A DNA stretch of 64,000 nt from Pristiophorus japonicus (lineage: Eukaryota): assembly GCF_044704955.1 (NCBI RefSeq), contig NC_091992.1:117676001-117740000 (forward strand), given 5' to 3'. This document shows, piece after piece, positions 49,100-60,824 of this stretch. The stretch's first letter is position 1; each line of letters begins with the position of its first letter. The notes under the pieces are model-generated. The model was not told the DNA's origin. It ran no database searches and saw only the letters and a list, made by a program, of their open reading frames with translations. The translations under genes were made by a program, and so were the position numbers.

Positions 49100-50089
49100 A
49101 TTCCCATCTGTAACATCAGGGCACGGAGACGGTGGGAGGGGGAAGGGGCGGGGGAGCTCCTGACGTGGATTAATTGATTTGCATGTGTCCTCATCAGCTG
49201 AACATTATGGAGATCATGTCCTTGTCAGTCTTACACCAGCTTTACCATTTGGGGTCGGAGCCATTTCCATGGTCTAAGTGGGAACCAAGTTGGGCACACA
49301 GTGTGACTTTGTACCTTCCGCCGCAATGTTCTGTATTGAAGGTATCCAGCCAAGGTTTGTGCCTCTGGCAGCCAAGCATCCATTCCGTGTCCTTGCTTAA
49401 CCGGTGCAGAATCTACATTCTTTTGCAGCGTCCTTTGTTTGGAATTGCCATAAGAAGTTGGCTTTAAAGGGCCGTAAATGTCTATGGGTAATTCATATGG
49501 ATCACTGTGATGTTGTCAAAATCCTGTAGTGAGTAGCTAGTTAATGGAAACTATTTGCAAATGAAAATCTAGCTCACTATAGGAGTTTATTAGATTTTTA
49601 CAGTTCATAAATCCTTCTGGCAAATGTCTGTGGGAGTTCAGGCATCTCATGTCTATTGCAAAATTACTTCAAGACGTCGTTCTAAGGTATTGCCACAGGA
49701 TTCCAGTCTATGCTCAGTTGTAGTTAGCTAATAAGTTGCAAGCCAGAAAATGCAAAGCTACTTCATGTCCCCAATTGGGTTGATTCAAGCAGCTGGGCTT
49801 GGTAGGGACAAGTAAACATGGCAGCCTCTGCTTGCAAAACCCTGTTAATGTTGCTGCAGTTTCTGAAGGCACCCACGTAAAAAAACTATTTTGGTGGTTC
49901 TCAGGTTCCCCTGAGTAGAGGCAACAGCACCTGCCTCATTTACTTTATCATTCTGCAGTCAAACTCAGGACTGTTGTCAGTCGCTATGCTCCAAAGCAAG
50001 CAGGGTATTAATCACCTTCCCAGCAAGAGTAGTTTGGAGTGATGGCCAGCTGCGAATGAGTAGTCTTAACAAGGAAGTGTTGCTAAACC

Positions 50090-50294
50090 TGTGATGTATG
50101 TAATAACTTGATAGACTGAATACTGTAAACTAACACAGGTACAAACCTGGCTCTGCTTTATTAGGGCCCAAAGTGATTACATTATAAGATGGCTTGCCTT
50201 TTATACCTGGGCTGCACACACATGCATACAGCCCAATGACCTCCGACAGTCGCGCCACCTGGTGGCTAGTAATCCCAAGCATACATACATGACA
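50090..50294 (-). mobile_element. Solo LTR (Gypsy-like)
   Basis: TGTGATGTATG...CATACATGACA termini; minus-strand TATAAAA and AATAAA; 5-bp TSD AAACC (50085-50089, 50295-50299). Confidence 0.88.
50251..50266 (-). promoter_or_regulatory. CTCF-like motif within solo LTR
   Basis: Minus strand GCCACCAGGTGGCGCG fits the CTCF core CCASYAGRKGGCRS. Motif match only. Confidence 0.45.
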
Positions 50295-51690
50295 AAACCT
50301 TTATAAATCATTGGTCAGGCCTTAACTGGAGTATTGTGCCCAATTCTAGGCACTACCCTTGAGGAAGAATGTCAAGGCCTTGGAGAGGGTACAGAAGAGG
50401 TTTACAAGAATGGTACCAGGGATAAGGGACTTCAGTTATGTGGACTAGAGAAGCTGGGATTGTTCTCCTTAGAGGCGGAGAGGTTGTTTCCACTGGTCGG
50501 GGAGACTAGAACTAGGGGGCACAGCCTCAAAATACGGGGGAGCCAATTTAAAACCAAGTTGAGAAGGAATTTCTTCTCCCAGAGAGTTGTGAATCTGTGG
50601 AATTCTCTGCCCAAGGAAGCAGTTGAGGCTAGCTCATTGAATGTATTCAAGTCACAGATCGATAGATTTTTAACCAATAAGGGAATTAAGGGTTACGGGG
50701 AGCGGGCGGGTAAGTGGAGCTGAGTCCACGGCCAGATCAGCCATGATCTTATTGAATGGCGGAGCAGGCTCGAGGGGCTAGATGGCCTACTCCTGTTCCT
50801 AATTCTCATGTTCTCATGTTCTCATCTCATGTTCTCATGTTCTCATGTTCTTAGAGCAGAGAATGTTATGGATAGATTTAATAGAAGTGTTCAAAATTAT
50901 GAGGGGTTTTTGATCGAGAAAATGAGGAGAAAATGTTTCCACTGGCAGCAGGGTTAATAACTAGGGAACACAGATATAAAATAATAGGCAAAAGTACCAG
51001 AGGGGAAATGAAGAGACATTTTTTTATGCAGCGAGTTGTTATAAGCTGGAATACAGGGCAGTGGAAGCAGATTCAACTTTCAAAAAGGAAAAAGAAAAAG
51101 ACTTGGATTTATATAGCATCTTTCACGACCACGAGACGTCTCAAAGCACCTTACAGTCAATGAAGTACTTTTGGAGTGTAGTCACAGTTGTAATGTGGGA
51201 AACAATTATCTTTGGAATTAGATAAGTACTTGAAATGGGGAAAAAAAGGGCTATGGGGTAATAGCAGGGGAGTGGAACTAATTGGATGGCTCTTTCAATG
51301 ATCTGGCACAGGTACGTTGGGCCGTATGGCCTCCTTCTGTGATGTGTGATTCTATGAACCGAGGGTTTCAGAATCCCTGACCAGAAGCGTTGGGAGTGGT
51401 TGAGTTATCACTGAATTTCCTGAAATCTTATTTGCCCATTTGTAAATGCTATTTAAGTGTAAGAAGTCATGGGAACACTGATTAAAGGAAGATTGCAGAA
51501 GAGGAAAATAGTGAAGAAAATGTTTTATTTGAAGCCATGTTTGAATCAAGAGTAGTTTAATGACACACTTCTTCCACCATGGTAAGATGTGCCTTTGATG
51601 TCAATAAATTCTCCACACGGTCATTTCCAGCCTCGGCTAAACTGTGTGAGTTAGACAGCAGAAGTATTGCAGAAGGTGTGTCTGATGAGG

Positions 51691-52262
51691 AGTCACTGGA
51701 GAAATACCACCAACGATATCTCCTCAAGATCCTGCAATTCCCCTGGGAGGACAGACGCACCAACATTAGCGTCCTCGACCAAGCCAACATCCCCAACATT
51801 GAAGCACTGACCACACTCGATCAGCTCTGCTGGGCAGGCCACATTGTTCACATGCCTGACACGAGACTCCCAAAGCAAGCGCTCTACTCGGAACTCCTTC
51901 ACGGCAAACGAGCCAAAGATGGGCAGAGGAAATGTTTCCAGGACACCTCCCAAGCTTCCCTGATAAAGTGCGACATCCCCACCGACACCTGGGAGTGCCC
52001 GAAGTGGAGGAAGTGCATCCAGGAGGCAGCTGAGCACCTCGAGTCTCATCGCCGAGAGCATGCAGAAATCAAGTCCAGGCAGCGGAAGGAGCGTGCGGCA
52101 AACCAGTCCTACCCACCCTTTCCCTCAATGACTGTCTGTCTCACCTGTGACTGGGACTGTGTTTCTCGTATTGGACTGTTCAGTCACCTAAGGACTCATT
52201 TTAAGAGTGGAGGCAAGTCTTCCTCGATTCCGAGGGACTGCCTATGATGATGATGACGATGA
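51691..52262 (+). mobile_element. RTE LINE 3' fragment
   Basis: SLEKYHQR.L.KILQ.PWEDRRTNISVL...WAGHIVHMPDTRLPKQ; (ATG)n tail. Confidence 0.93.
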
Positions 52263-52591
52263 AAATCAGAAGAGCCCAACTCATCGCCCACGGAGGCACA
52301 TTTCCCGGGGATGTGTACGATCAGTCAAGAAGTTCTGGGTTTTAGTGCATGCGCTTCGCATGCCTAAACCCGGAAATTGAGTGACCCCTATGGGTGCGTG
52401 TGCACCTTGTACGCACCTGTAGATGCTGCAAATTACAGCCCAATGTAACATTGTTTAAAAAATGTTTCAGACCTGTCTTCAAAATTGATGCTAAATGACC
52501 ATGATGAGTGATGAATAACTTAATAATGATGAAAATAAGTGAGTTCATTGCGAATTGATATAGTCAATCATTCTGCCCTTACCAAAAATAA

Positions 52592-53294
52592 TGCCCCAGA
52601 TTTTGCGGTCAGCGGCGACGAAATGGATTCGCCGTTTACTTCACTGATAGCTTCCCACAAAGTTTTTGCAAGTTTTTGAGTGGAGACTTGCTCTCTTCCG
52701 GCATCTGTGAGCAGGTAAAACAACAACGTGGCTTTTCAACTAGTCGGATTGAAGAATCCCCACTGAGATACGCAAAATCCAAATCAGGAAGTATAAATTA
52801 AATTTAAATCATGGTCAGAAAGTGAACTAAAGATTGGGAAAAATTGGGCTTAAGAGAACGAGATTAAAGGCACAGACAGAAAAAGCTAAACAAAATCTCT
52901 AACACTAATTAACTTCTGAAGGAATGAAACTCCACATTTGTAAAAGAAAATTTTCAGGGCCAGTGATGCTGTTTGGTAGTAATTAACGACTTATCAGTCC
53001 ATTAAAAATTCACTTAACATCTGAATGTACCAGCCCTAACTTTTTCTGGTGTCTTTAGTAGGGAACTAGTGGGCAAGTATCCAAAGTTCATGCCATTGCA
53101 TTGACTTCAATGCCAAGTCTATCAGTGAGGTACTGTTGAAGTGCACCCTGTGAAGCAGTGATGTATCTCGGAACTTCTGAATTTCTGCCTTTAACTGCAC
53201 ATGTACAGACGTCAGAAGTTGCTGTCCGACTTACTCCATAATAAATGGTCAGCGCTGTTCGCCTCACTGTTATTATTTATGCAAATTCTGGGCC
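52592..53294. mobile_element. Harbinger-like MITE, old
   Basis: TGCCCCAGATTTTGC versus reverse complement of the right end, GGCCCAGAATTTGC. Confidence 0.6.
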
Positions 53295-53776
53295 ATTATA
53301 TAAAAGGACGGCCCAGTAAACTGCAGGGTCCATTAGTCTAGCATCAATAACTGGTAAAATACAGGAATCCGTTCCAAGCGGCAGGCTGGCAGAATACCTG
53401 TTCCTCAGTAACTGAAGGAACACATGAATTATGAGAGCAAAGCTTCTTCATGTCAGATCTCCTTGATTACTTTCACAGTGCTGCAGATGAAATAGGAGTG
53501 ATAGTAGTTTCATCACTTGTTGATATCTAAACCAATGTGGCAAAGCATTTAAACATAGCAATAGAATGTTGCGATGTATAACCGTAATATCAGAGCACAA
53601 GTTTACAGAGGTTGTGCTAAGCCTTTACCGTGCAATGTTTAGTGCACTTTGTTCAATTGTGGCTGTCACATCACAGAAAACAAATATATGTATTGGAAAA
53701 GGGTAAAGAGAAGGTTAACAAGATCCCAAGTGTAAAAGAGATGTAATCAGGAAAGATTAGCAAAGTCCAAGTTTCT

Positions 53777-54245
53777 CATAGAATGATAGAATCATAGCAA
53801 TTTACAGCACAGAAGGAGGCCATTCGGCCCATCGTGTCCGTGCCGGCCGACAAAGAGCTATCCAGCCTCATCCCACTTCCCAGCTCTTGGTCCATAGCCT
53901 TGTAGGTTACGGCACTTCAAGTGCACATCCAAGTACCTTTTAAGTGCTATGAGGGTTTCTGCCTCTACCACCCTTTCATGCAGTGAGTTCCAGACCCCCA
54001 CCTGGGTGAAAAAAATTCTTCTCAAATCCTCTTACCACTTACTTTAAATCTATTACCCCTGGTTATTGATCCCTCTGCTAAAAGGAATAGGTCATTCCCA
54101 TCCACTCTATCTAGGCCCCTCATAATTTTATACACCTCAATTAGGTCACCCCACAGCTTGCTCTGTTCCAAAGAAAACAACCCCAGCCTATCCAATCTTT
54201 CCTCATAGCTAAAATTCACCAGTACTGGCAACATCCTCATTCTAG
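53777..54245 (-). mobile_element. CR1 LINE 3' fragment
   Basis: FSYEERLDRLGLFSLEQSKLWGDLIEVYKIMRGLDRVD; CATAGAAT tail. Confidence 0.93.
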
Positions 54246-54298
54246 ATTCAACATTCTAGAAATAATGCAGCTAAAGGAAGTCATCATCAAAACATATA

Positions 54299-55049
54299 GG
54301 TGGGAAAATTGCGGTCGGAGGCTTCCTTCGTACGCACGCCTCCGACCTGAAAAAAATCTATGAAAATACTTGGTGGTCCCGGAGGAACACAAGATCCAAG
54401 TCAGAGGCCGAGATTCGCTGCGCAGCACATGGGAAGATGTCTTTCAGGTACGTATGTACATGCTGGAGTCATGTGGGCCTGGACCACCAATCACTGTGCA
54501 CGTCCAGAGGTTCTGAAAGGCGTTATATAAATGCAAGTCTTTTTTAAAATTCTCATTGACAAAGATGGGAACTCTGTCCATGCTCCCATTACTATCAATG
54601 AGAAAAGTCTCTAAAACACCAAAACACAACATAATAAATAAATAAAACACCTGACATATTTAAAATGAATTGAAATTCATTGTAATTAAATGTTTTAGAA
54701 AACAAAAATATCTTTTGGAATTTTTTTGTGTTTTAATAGTGTTAAAAATAAACTTACCTTAATGGACAGGGTTTTTAATACAAAAATGATTGTTTAAATT
54801 AAATGCTTATATGTTTTAAAACTCTTATGCTGTTAAAAGTAAGCCATGCGCCTGCTTTTACTAAGCATAAACGTTTGAAGGACATTCGCTGAGAATGAGT
54901 TGGGCAAGTAGCTCAGTGACTCCCGCTCGAATGTCCTTCTCCCATGGATGCGGAGGATCTGTCAAGGGAAATCCCCGAAAACCGGCTTTTGCGAGACCTC
55001 GCCGAGTCCGCATTTCATACGGACCCAGCGAGGCCCGAGTTTTCGGCCC
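54299..55049. mobile_element. Harbinger-like MITE, related to 59644-60443
   Basis: Imperfect TIR, 3-bp ATA on both flanks, shared internal blocks (AATAAACTTACC, CGCCTGCTTTT, GATCTGTCAAG). Contains a SINE tail at ~54500-54545. Confidence 0.7.
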
Positions 55050-55989
55050 ATAAAATATTAAATGGTGTAGATAAGGTAAACCCAGACGATTACGTCAGAG
55101 TAAGTCGGGAAAGAAGGACGAGAGTGTATACATTTAATTTTGAAACAGATATATTGGGAAGATGTTGTTTCCTCAGTGATGGATGTCTAGAATCATTTGC
55201 TAGGCAGAAGCGTAGAGGGAGAAGCACAAGAGAGGTTCAAACTACAATTGAATGATGTAATGTGAGAGTAAGGGACTGGGAGGCTGAAGGGCCTTTTCTC
55301 ATACTTGAGTTTCCTTGTGATCTCATGAACTGTAGTAACACATTGAACATACCTACAGCTGCAGCACCCCCGAGAATATTTGAGGGGGGTTTTATTGAAG
55401 TAAGCAGTAAGTTGTGGATAAAATGGCATTTGGGTCCATGGTAGAAAGGTTAACCCTGGCTCAAAGTGAAGTAGAAACTCATTTGTGCACTCGATGTTTG
55501 CATGAAGATGTATGAGCCTTGTGGAGACTTTTCACTAGAATTGGAGACACATGTATTGCATAAAAGTGGGAATCAATGTATAGGTCTGTTTCAGTGAACT
55601 GAATAATTGCCTGTCCATGGCTTTTCATCCAACCCCACCACAGACTCGGCCAAGAAACAGCTTTATTTTAAAGCGGTAGTTAATATATTTTTAATTACTG
55701 CAATATTCCAGCAGAAATGGCCAAAAACATTTAAGGCAGATGGAAAATAATCTCTGAAATACGCATCTATTTGAGACATGGTGGTGATTGAAGTTACTAT
55801 CTATTCTCAGTCCCTGTTAATCACACCTTAAGCTCATCTGGTATCCTATGATTTTGTACATGCATTCTGCATGATAAATCAATCTTGTTCGAAGACATTT
55901 TAAGAATCGAAGGCAGTTTCGAAGATGTGGTTCTTCTGTGAACAAAAATATTTCATTCATCATATTATATGAAATCGCCTCCATTAAAG

Positions 55990-56408
55990 AAATAACTTTA
56001 TTTTATATTGCACCTGAGGATTCCACAAAGCACTTCACAGCCAATTTTCGAGTCTAGTTACTTTTGTTACTTAAGTAAATGGGGCAACCAAATTATTTAC
56101 AGCAAGGTCCCACAAACAAGCAAACAAGATAAATGGCTGTTTTGGCATTGTTGATTGAGGGATAACTGTTGGCCAGGATTCCAGGAGAACTCTCCAGCCC
56201 TGCTATGACAAGTGCCATGGGATCTTTTCCAGCTACCGGAACACGCAGATGTGGCCTCAATTTTACATTCTATGAAAAGCAGCACCTTCGACAACGCAGC
56301 ACTCCCTCAGTATTGCTCTCAGTCAGCCTAGATTATGTACTGCAATCCCAGAGTGGGTTTAAGTCCACAACTTTCTGACTTCGGCGAGATTGCTACCAGT
56401 GAGCCAAG
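55990..56408 (-). mobile_element. Diverged older Deu-domain SINE
   Basis: Colinear but more diverged match to 26982-27451 (GTGCCATGGGATCTTTT; GCAGCACTCCCTCAGTA; GTCAGCCTAGATT). Confidence 0.75.
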
Positions 56409-56701
56409 ATGATACTTTAGAAGAATAATGCATAACATATCAAACACCCATGTGGTAGTTCTTTTGTACATGACTTGTCGATTCATTACACAGTGTAAAA
56501 GTGGATAAACCATAAGTCCTGCATGACAGTAGGTACCAACTGGTCTACATTTCAATGAGCAATAACAGCTGTTGCAATTTTCCACAGCACTGTAAAATCC
56601 GCAGTCAAAATACAAACAAGAAAATATTCTTGGTGGTCGGATTATGAGGCTATAATCGGATAATCCAAACAAAATACTCAAGATGCTCACAGCCTGTTAT
56701 G

Positions 56702-57115
56702 CATAGAAATATAGAAACATAGAAATTTACAGCACAGAAGGAGGCCAATTCGGCCCATCGTGTCCGCGCCAGCCGACAAACAGCCACACGGCCCTCGGTC
56801 AGCAGTCCTAAAGGTTACATACAAAACCTATGAACAGTGATGGAAAGGCAAAGAGCACACAGCCCAACCAGTCCGCCTCACACAACTGCAACACTCCTTA
56901 TACTGAAACATTCTACACTCCACCCCAACTGGAGCCATGTGATCTCCTTAGAGAGGCAAAAACCAGATAAAAACCCAGGCCAATTTAGGGAGAAAAAATC
57001 TGGGAAAATTCCTCTCCAACCCATCCAGGTGATCAAAACTAGTCCAGGAGATCACCCTCGCCATATTCTATTCCCTGCAGTGCTTACCATTATATCTGCA
57101 CCGTCCAACAAAAAG
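56702..57115 (-). mobile_element. CR1-type LINE long 3' UTR
   Basis: (CATAGAAA)n tail; homologous to 3600-3856. Confidence 0.8.
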
Positions 57116-57196
57116 TCTTACAGATTCGCTTTCTAGATTCTTGCTATCCTATTTCTGCTTTTGAATTTGTTCTCAGGTTCCCATCCCCCTGCCAAG

Positions 57197-58160
57197 CTAG
57201 TTTAAACTCTCCCCAACAGCAATAGCAAAACTCCCCGCGAGGATATTGGTCCCGGCACTGTTGAGGTGCCACCCGTCCAGTTTGTACAGGTCCCATCTAC
57301 CCCAGAAGCAGTCCCAATGCCTCAAGAATTTAAAGCCCTCCCTCCTACACCAACTTTCCAGCCACGTGTTCATCCTCTCTGTCCTTCTATTCTTACACTC
57401 ATTAGCACGTAGCACCGGTAGTAAGCCGGAGATTACTACCTTTGAGGTCCTACCCTTTAATTTTCTTCCTAGCCCCCTGAATTCTTCCAGTAGGACCTCA
57501 TCCCTCATTTTACCTATGTCGTTGGTCCCGATATGGACCACAACCTCCAGATGTTTACCCCCCCCCCCCCCCCCCAGGATGCCATGCGTCCACTCTGACA
57601 TCCTTGACCCTGGCACTAGGGAGGCACAAAACCATTCAGGAGTCACGTCTACGGCCGCAGAAACACCTGTCTGTTCCCCTAACTATAGAATCCCCTATCA
57701 CTAGGGCTCTTTTGTTCTTCTTCCCTCCCCCCTGTGCAGCTGAGCCACCCGTGGTGCCTTGGAATTGGCTCTGGCTACACTCCCCAGAGGCACCATCGTC
57801 CTTACCAATACTCAGAAGTGAATATCGGTTTGGAAGCGAGATGGACTCAAGGCGGGACTCCTGCGCTACCTGCCTAGCACACTTACTATGTCTGGTGGTC
57901 ACCCACTTCCCCTCCACCTGCACCGCCTTTAAGCTGAAGGGGTGACCACCTCCTGAAACGTGCTATCCACGTAGCTCTCAGCCTCGCGGATTCACCGTAT
58001 TGACTCCAGCCGCTGCTCCAGCTCCGAAACTCGGAGCTCGAGCAGTTGAAGCTGGAGACACCTCCTGCACACAAGGTTGTCTCGGCTACGCAAAGCGTCC
58101 AAGACTTCCCACATGCCGCAGGATGTGCACTCCATGGGACTGAGCCGCACTGTCATCCCT
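57197..58160 (-). pseudogene. CR1 ORF1 (Cys zinc-finger/coiled region plus SGNH/GDSL esterase), frameshifted
   Basis: ECTSCGMW...CRRC; LPNRYSLL; ALVIGDSIVRG; VVVHIGTNDIG; VVISGLLP; LYKLDGWHLN. Confidence 0.9.
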
Positions 58161-58239
58161 CTAGTTAGCCTTATCTAGTTAAAAATCTACTTTACAAGAA
58201 ATCTAGAAAATAATTTGCTACCCAGGGGAGAAAGAAAGA

Positions 58240-58440
58240 TAGACTGATTGTTGGAATTGCAGAGAAGGTCAGCCAGCATCTGAGAGAGGAAGACAGGCGA
58301 ACATTTTGGGTGAGATATTTTCACCACGCACAAAAAATGTGTGACTGGTCATGTCATCCGAAATATGAACCGATCCTTCCCTTTCAGAGGCTGACCGATT
58401 GGCTGCACAGTTGCAGCATGTTAAGTTTCTATTTGGTTTT
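58240..58440. mobile_element. Decayed Penelope-like terminal fragments, inverted pair
   Basis: GGTCAGCCAGCATCTGAGAGAG (antisense) followed by CCGAAATATGAAC...CAGAGGCTGACCGATTGGCTG (sense). Confidence 0.4.
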
Positions 58441-58540
58441 TGCACTCGGAGAACTACATGTCCTTTTAATTTAGCTCTGATCCAAAGTTATAGTGAACCT
58501 GCCATCAAAAGGCCTAATAAAACTAGTGCAAGGCCATGTA

Positions 58541-58678
58541 AAAAGAAAGAAAGACTTGCATTTATATAGCGCCTTTCACGACCACCGGACGTCTCAAAGT
58601 GCTTTACAGCCAATGAAGTACTTTTGAAGTGTAGTCACTGTTGTAATGTGGGAAATGTGGCAGCCAATTTGCTCACAA
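58541..58678 (-). mobile_element. Deu-domain SINE 3' tail fragment
   Basis: AAAGAAAGAAAGACTTGCATTTATATAGCGCC, matching the tail of the full copies. Confidence 0.85.
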
Positions 58679-59643
58679 GCAAATGTAATTCAGATTAGAT
58701 CACAGAGATGGGGCGGGAGCGACTAGCCATGATCTGAGCTATCTTTTGACCTTGTTTCAAGTTGCAGTTTGATTTGATTTAATGTAAACAGTTCCTGCAG
58801 TATTCACATTCTGTCTGCAACCGTCCAACTTTTGATAGAAATGAGAGAATACTCACATCTGTGTATGACATGGAAACCAGCAGAATCTGTGCAGGGGGCG
58901 GGGAACAGTTATTTTAACTAACCCCAACCACCAGCTACATCTGCACCTACGGCTGAACCAGGGCTGTTCATGTTCGCTGGGAAAGCTAGATATTTAAATT
59001 GCAATAATTATTTGTTAATTGTTTGCATTCTGGTGGAACTGTGGACAGGGGCTGCAAGTTAAATGTGCTCAGAGAACAGAACCACATGCTAATTATTATG
59101 TGGTTAAGTGCTGCGATGTGTAATTAAACTAAATTGGCAGGTTGGCTGCCTTGCTCAGCCAAACAGGCAGGGAAGTTTTGATATTGTCGGCCTTGCTGAA
59201 GTGGAACTTTTTCCACATTCGTGGGACTTCCCTCACTTTTAGCCCCGCGGATAGCCATTAAGATTTTTTTTGTTACATTTAATCAATTATAGTTCTTGCC
59301 TGAACTGGAAATGTTTCACCACTGTAAGGAGTCGAAAAATTCCTTTTTTTTTTGTTACTTTCTTGATCCTCAGAATTCAGTTCTTCTTGTATGGCTGGTA
59401 GAGAGAACCTGGGAGTGGAGCTTGCCAGCAAATTCAGACCCAGTTTTGACTGTCAATTGTGGGTGGTTGTTGGGGAGCTGAAGGAGTGCCTGTGCGCAAA
59501 GGATAGGGGAGTTCAAATGCACATCTCTTTGCACGTGAGAGCTTTAAGATGTTTGAGCTCAGTTGGGACTGGCTGCTGACAAGATGTTAAATGTAGATTG
59601 CCTCTTAAACAGCATCAGAGATTTGTTACCTTGGGAGGGGATA

Positions 59644-60443
59644 ATGCCTGAAATTCCGCTGGAGGTCTTCCTGTTGGCACACTTAAGAAAAAAGGTAAAA
59701 AAACTGCACACTTACCTGTTGCTGCTGCGCCCGCTCGAACTTCCGAGCCTGAGGCCTTCACTCCTTTTCATTGGAGCGCGCGCACGTCAGGACGTGTGCA
59801 GGGCTGGAGCTGTAGTCACATGGCTCTGGGCAGCCAATCAAGGTACAGTATTTTCTCATTCATAATAATGCGAACTCCGTTAGTTGGAGTTCAAATTATT
59901 ATAAATGAGAAACCCCTCCACAAACACACACAAAATCAATATAAAATAGAAAAATACATGCTATATTTAAGAATCATTTAAATTAAAGTTCATAAAAAAT
60001 AATATTTTCCCGACTTTTTTTTAAAGATGCCTTAAAATAAACTTACCGTAGTGGGGAGGGTTTTTAACAATAAAGTATGTTTTCGTATGTGTTTATTTAA
60101 TTGAATTTGAATGTTTTTATGTATTTTTAAACACTTGCGCCTGTAAAAGTAGGCTATACGCCTGCTTTTTCAGGCGCAAGATTTTAAAGGGCATTTGCAG
60201 GGCAAGTGTTTAAAAATACATAAAAACATTCAAATTCTATTCGTAAATATCGCAAATCTTGCCCTGCAAGTGTCCTCGCTCCCGATATGCGCGAGATCTG
60301 TCAAGCCAGAAACTTGACAGATCAGAAAAGCCGGTTTTCAGCGCATACGCATTGCGCGCTGCGCGCTGAAACCCGGGTTTTCCAATGCCTTCCCGGGTCT
60401 GTAGGAACTTTGTCTCGACCCGGGACATCGGAATTTCAGGGCC
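59644..60443. mobile_element. Harbinger-like MITE
   Basis: CCTGAAATTCCG / CGGAATTTCAGG inverted ends; ATA on both flanks. Confidence 0.75.
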
Positions 60444-60515
60444 ATATGTGAAGAAGAATTGACACAATGTAGCAGTGTCATAAGAAAGAAGAGTGGAGTC
60501 ATAAGTGTTCCCTTT

Positions 60516-60824
60516 AGTGTCAGCCGTGGCTCAGTGGGTAACGCCCTCACATCTGAGTCAGAAGATTGTTGGTTCAAGTCCCACCCCAGGGACTTGAGCA
60601 CAAAAATCTAGGCTGACACTCCAGTGCAGTGCCGAGGGAATGCCGAGGTCCTTCTGCTTTCTCAGGTGGATGTAAAAGATCCCCTGGCACTAATTCGAAG
60701 AAGAGCAGGGGAGTTATCCCCGATGTCCTGGCCAATACATATCCCTCAATCAACATCACTAAAACAGATTATCTGGTCATTATCGCATTGCTGTTTGTGG
60801 GAGCTTGCTGTGCGCAAATTGGCT
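60516..60824 (+). mobile_element. Deu-domain SINE with internal deletion, 3'-truncated
   Basis: A box TGGCTCAGTGG and B box GGTTCAAGTCCC; lacks the GATGAGACGTTAAA block. Confidence 0.88.

Larger units (their letters stand above)
50060..51357 (+). mobile_element. CR1 LINE hosting a solo LTR, a younger CR1 tail (50473-50850) and a SINE tail (51085-51203)
   Basis: CR1 coding sequence is continuous across the inserts (CTAAACC|TTTATAAATCATTGGTCAGGCC; CTTAGAG duplicated around the inner CR1 with its (ATGTTCTC)n tail). Confidence 0.88.
53320..55310 (+). mobile_element. Highly decayed CR1 interrupted by a young CR1 and a MITE
   Basis: Fragments CTTTGTTCAATTGTGGCTGTCACA and TTGGAAAAGGGTAAAGAGAAGG. 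ATCAAAACATATA|MITE|AAATATTAAATGGTGTAGAT rejoins as TYKILNG.D. Confidence 0.55.

Noticed and set aside
50805-50852. Short tandem array (ATGTTCTC)n
   Set aside because: Standard CR1 3' microsatellite tail. No spacers, so not CRISPR-like.
51579-52247. 222-aa ORF as a possible host gene
   Set aside because: Read-through from flank into a 5'-truncated RTE C-terminus.
57197-57646. SGNH hydrolase as a host enzyme gene
   Set aside because: Intronless, frameshifted and preceded by the CR1 ORF1 zinc-finger/NRY motifs. It is retrotransposon ORF1.
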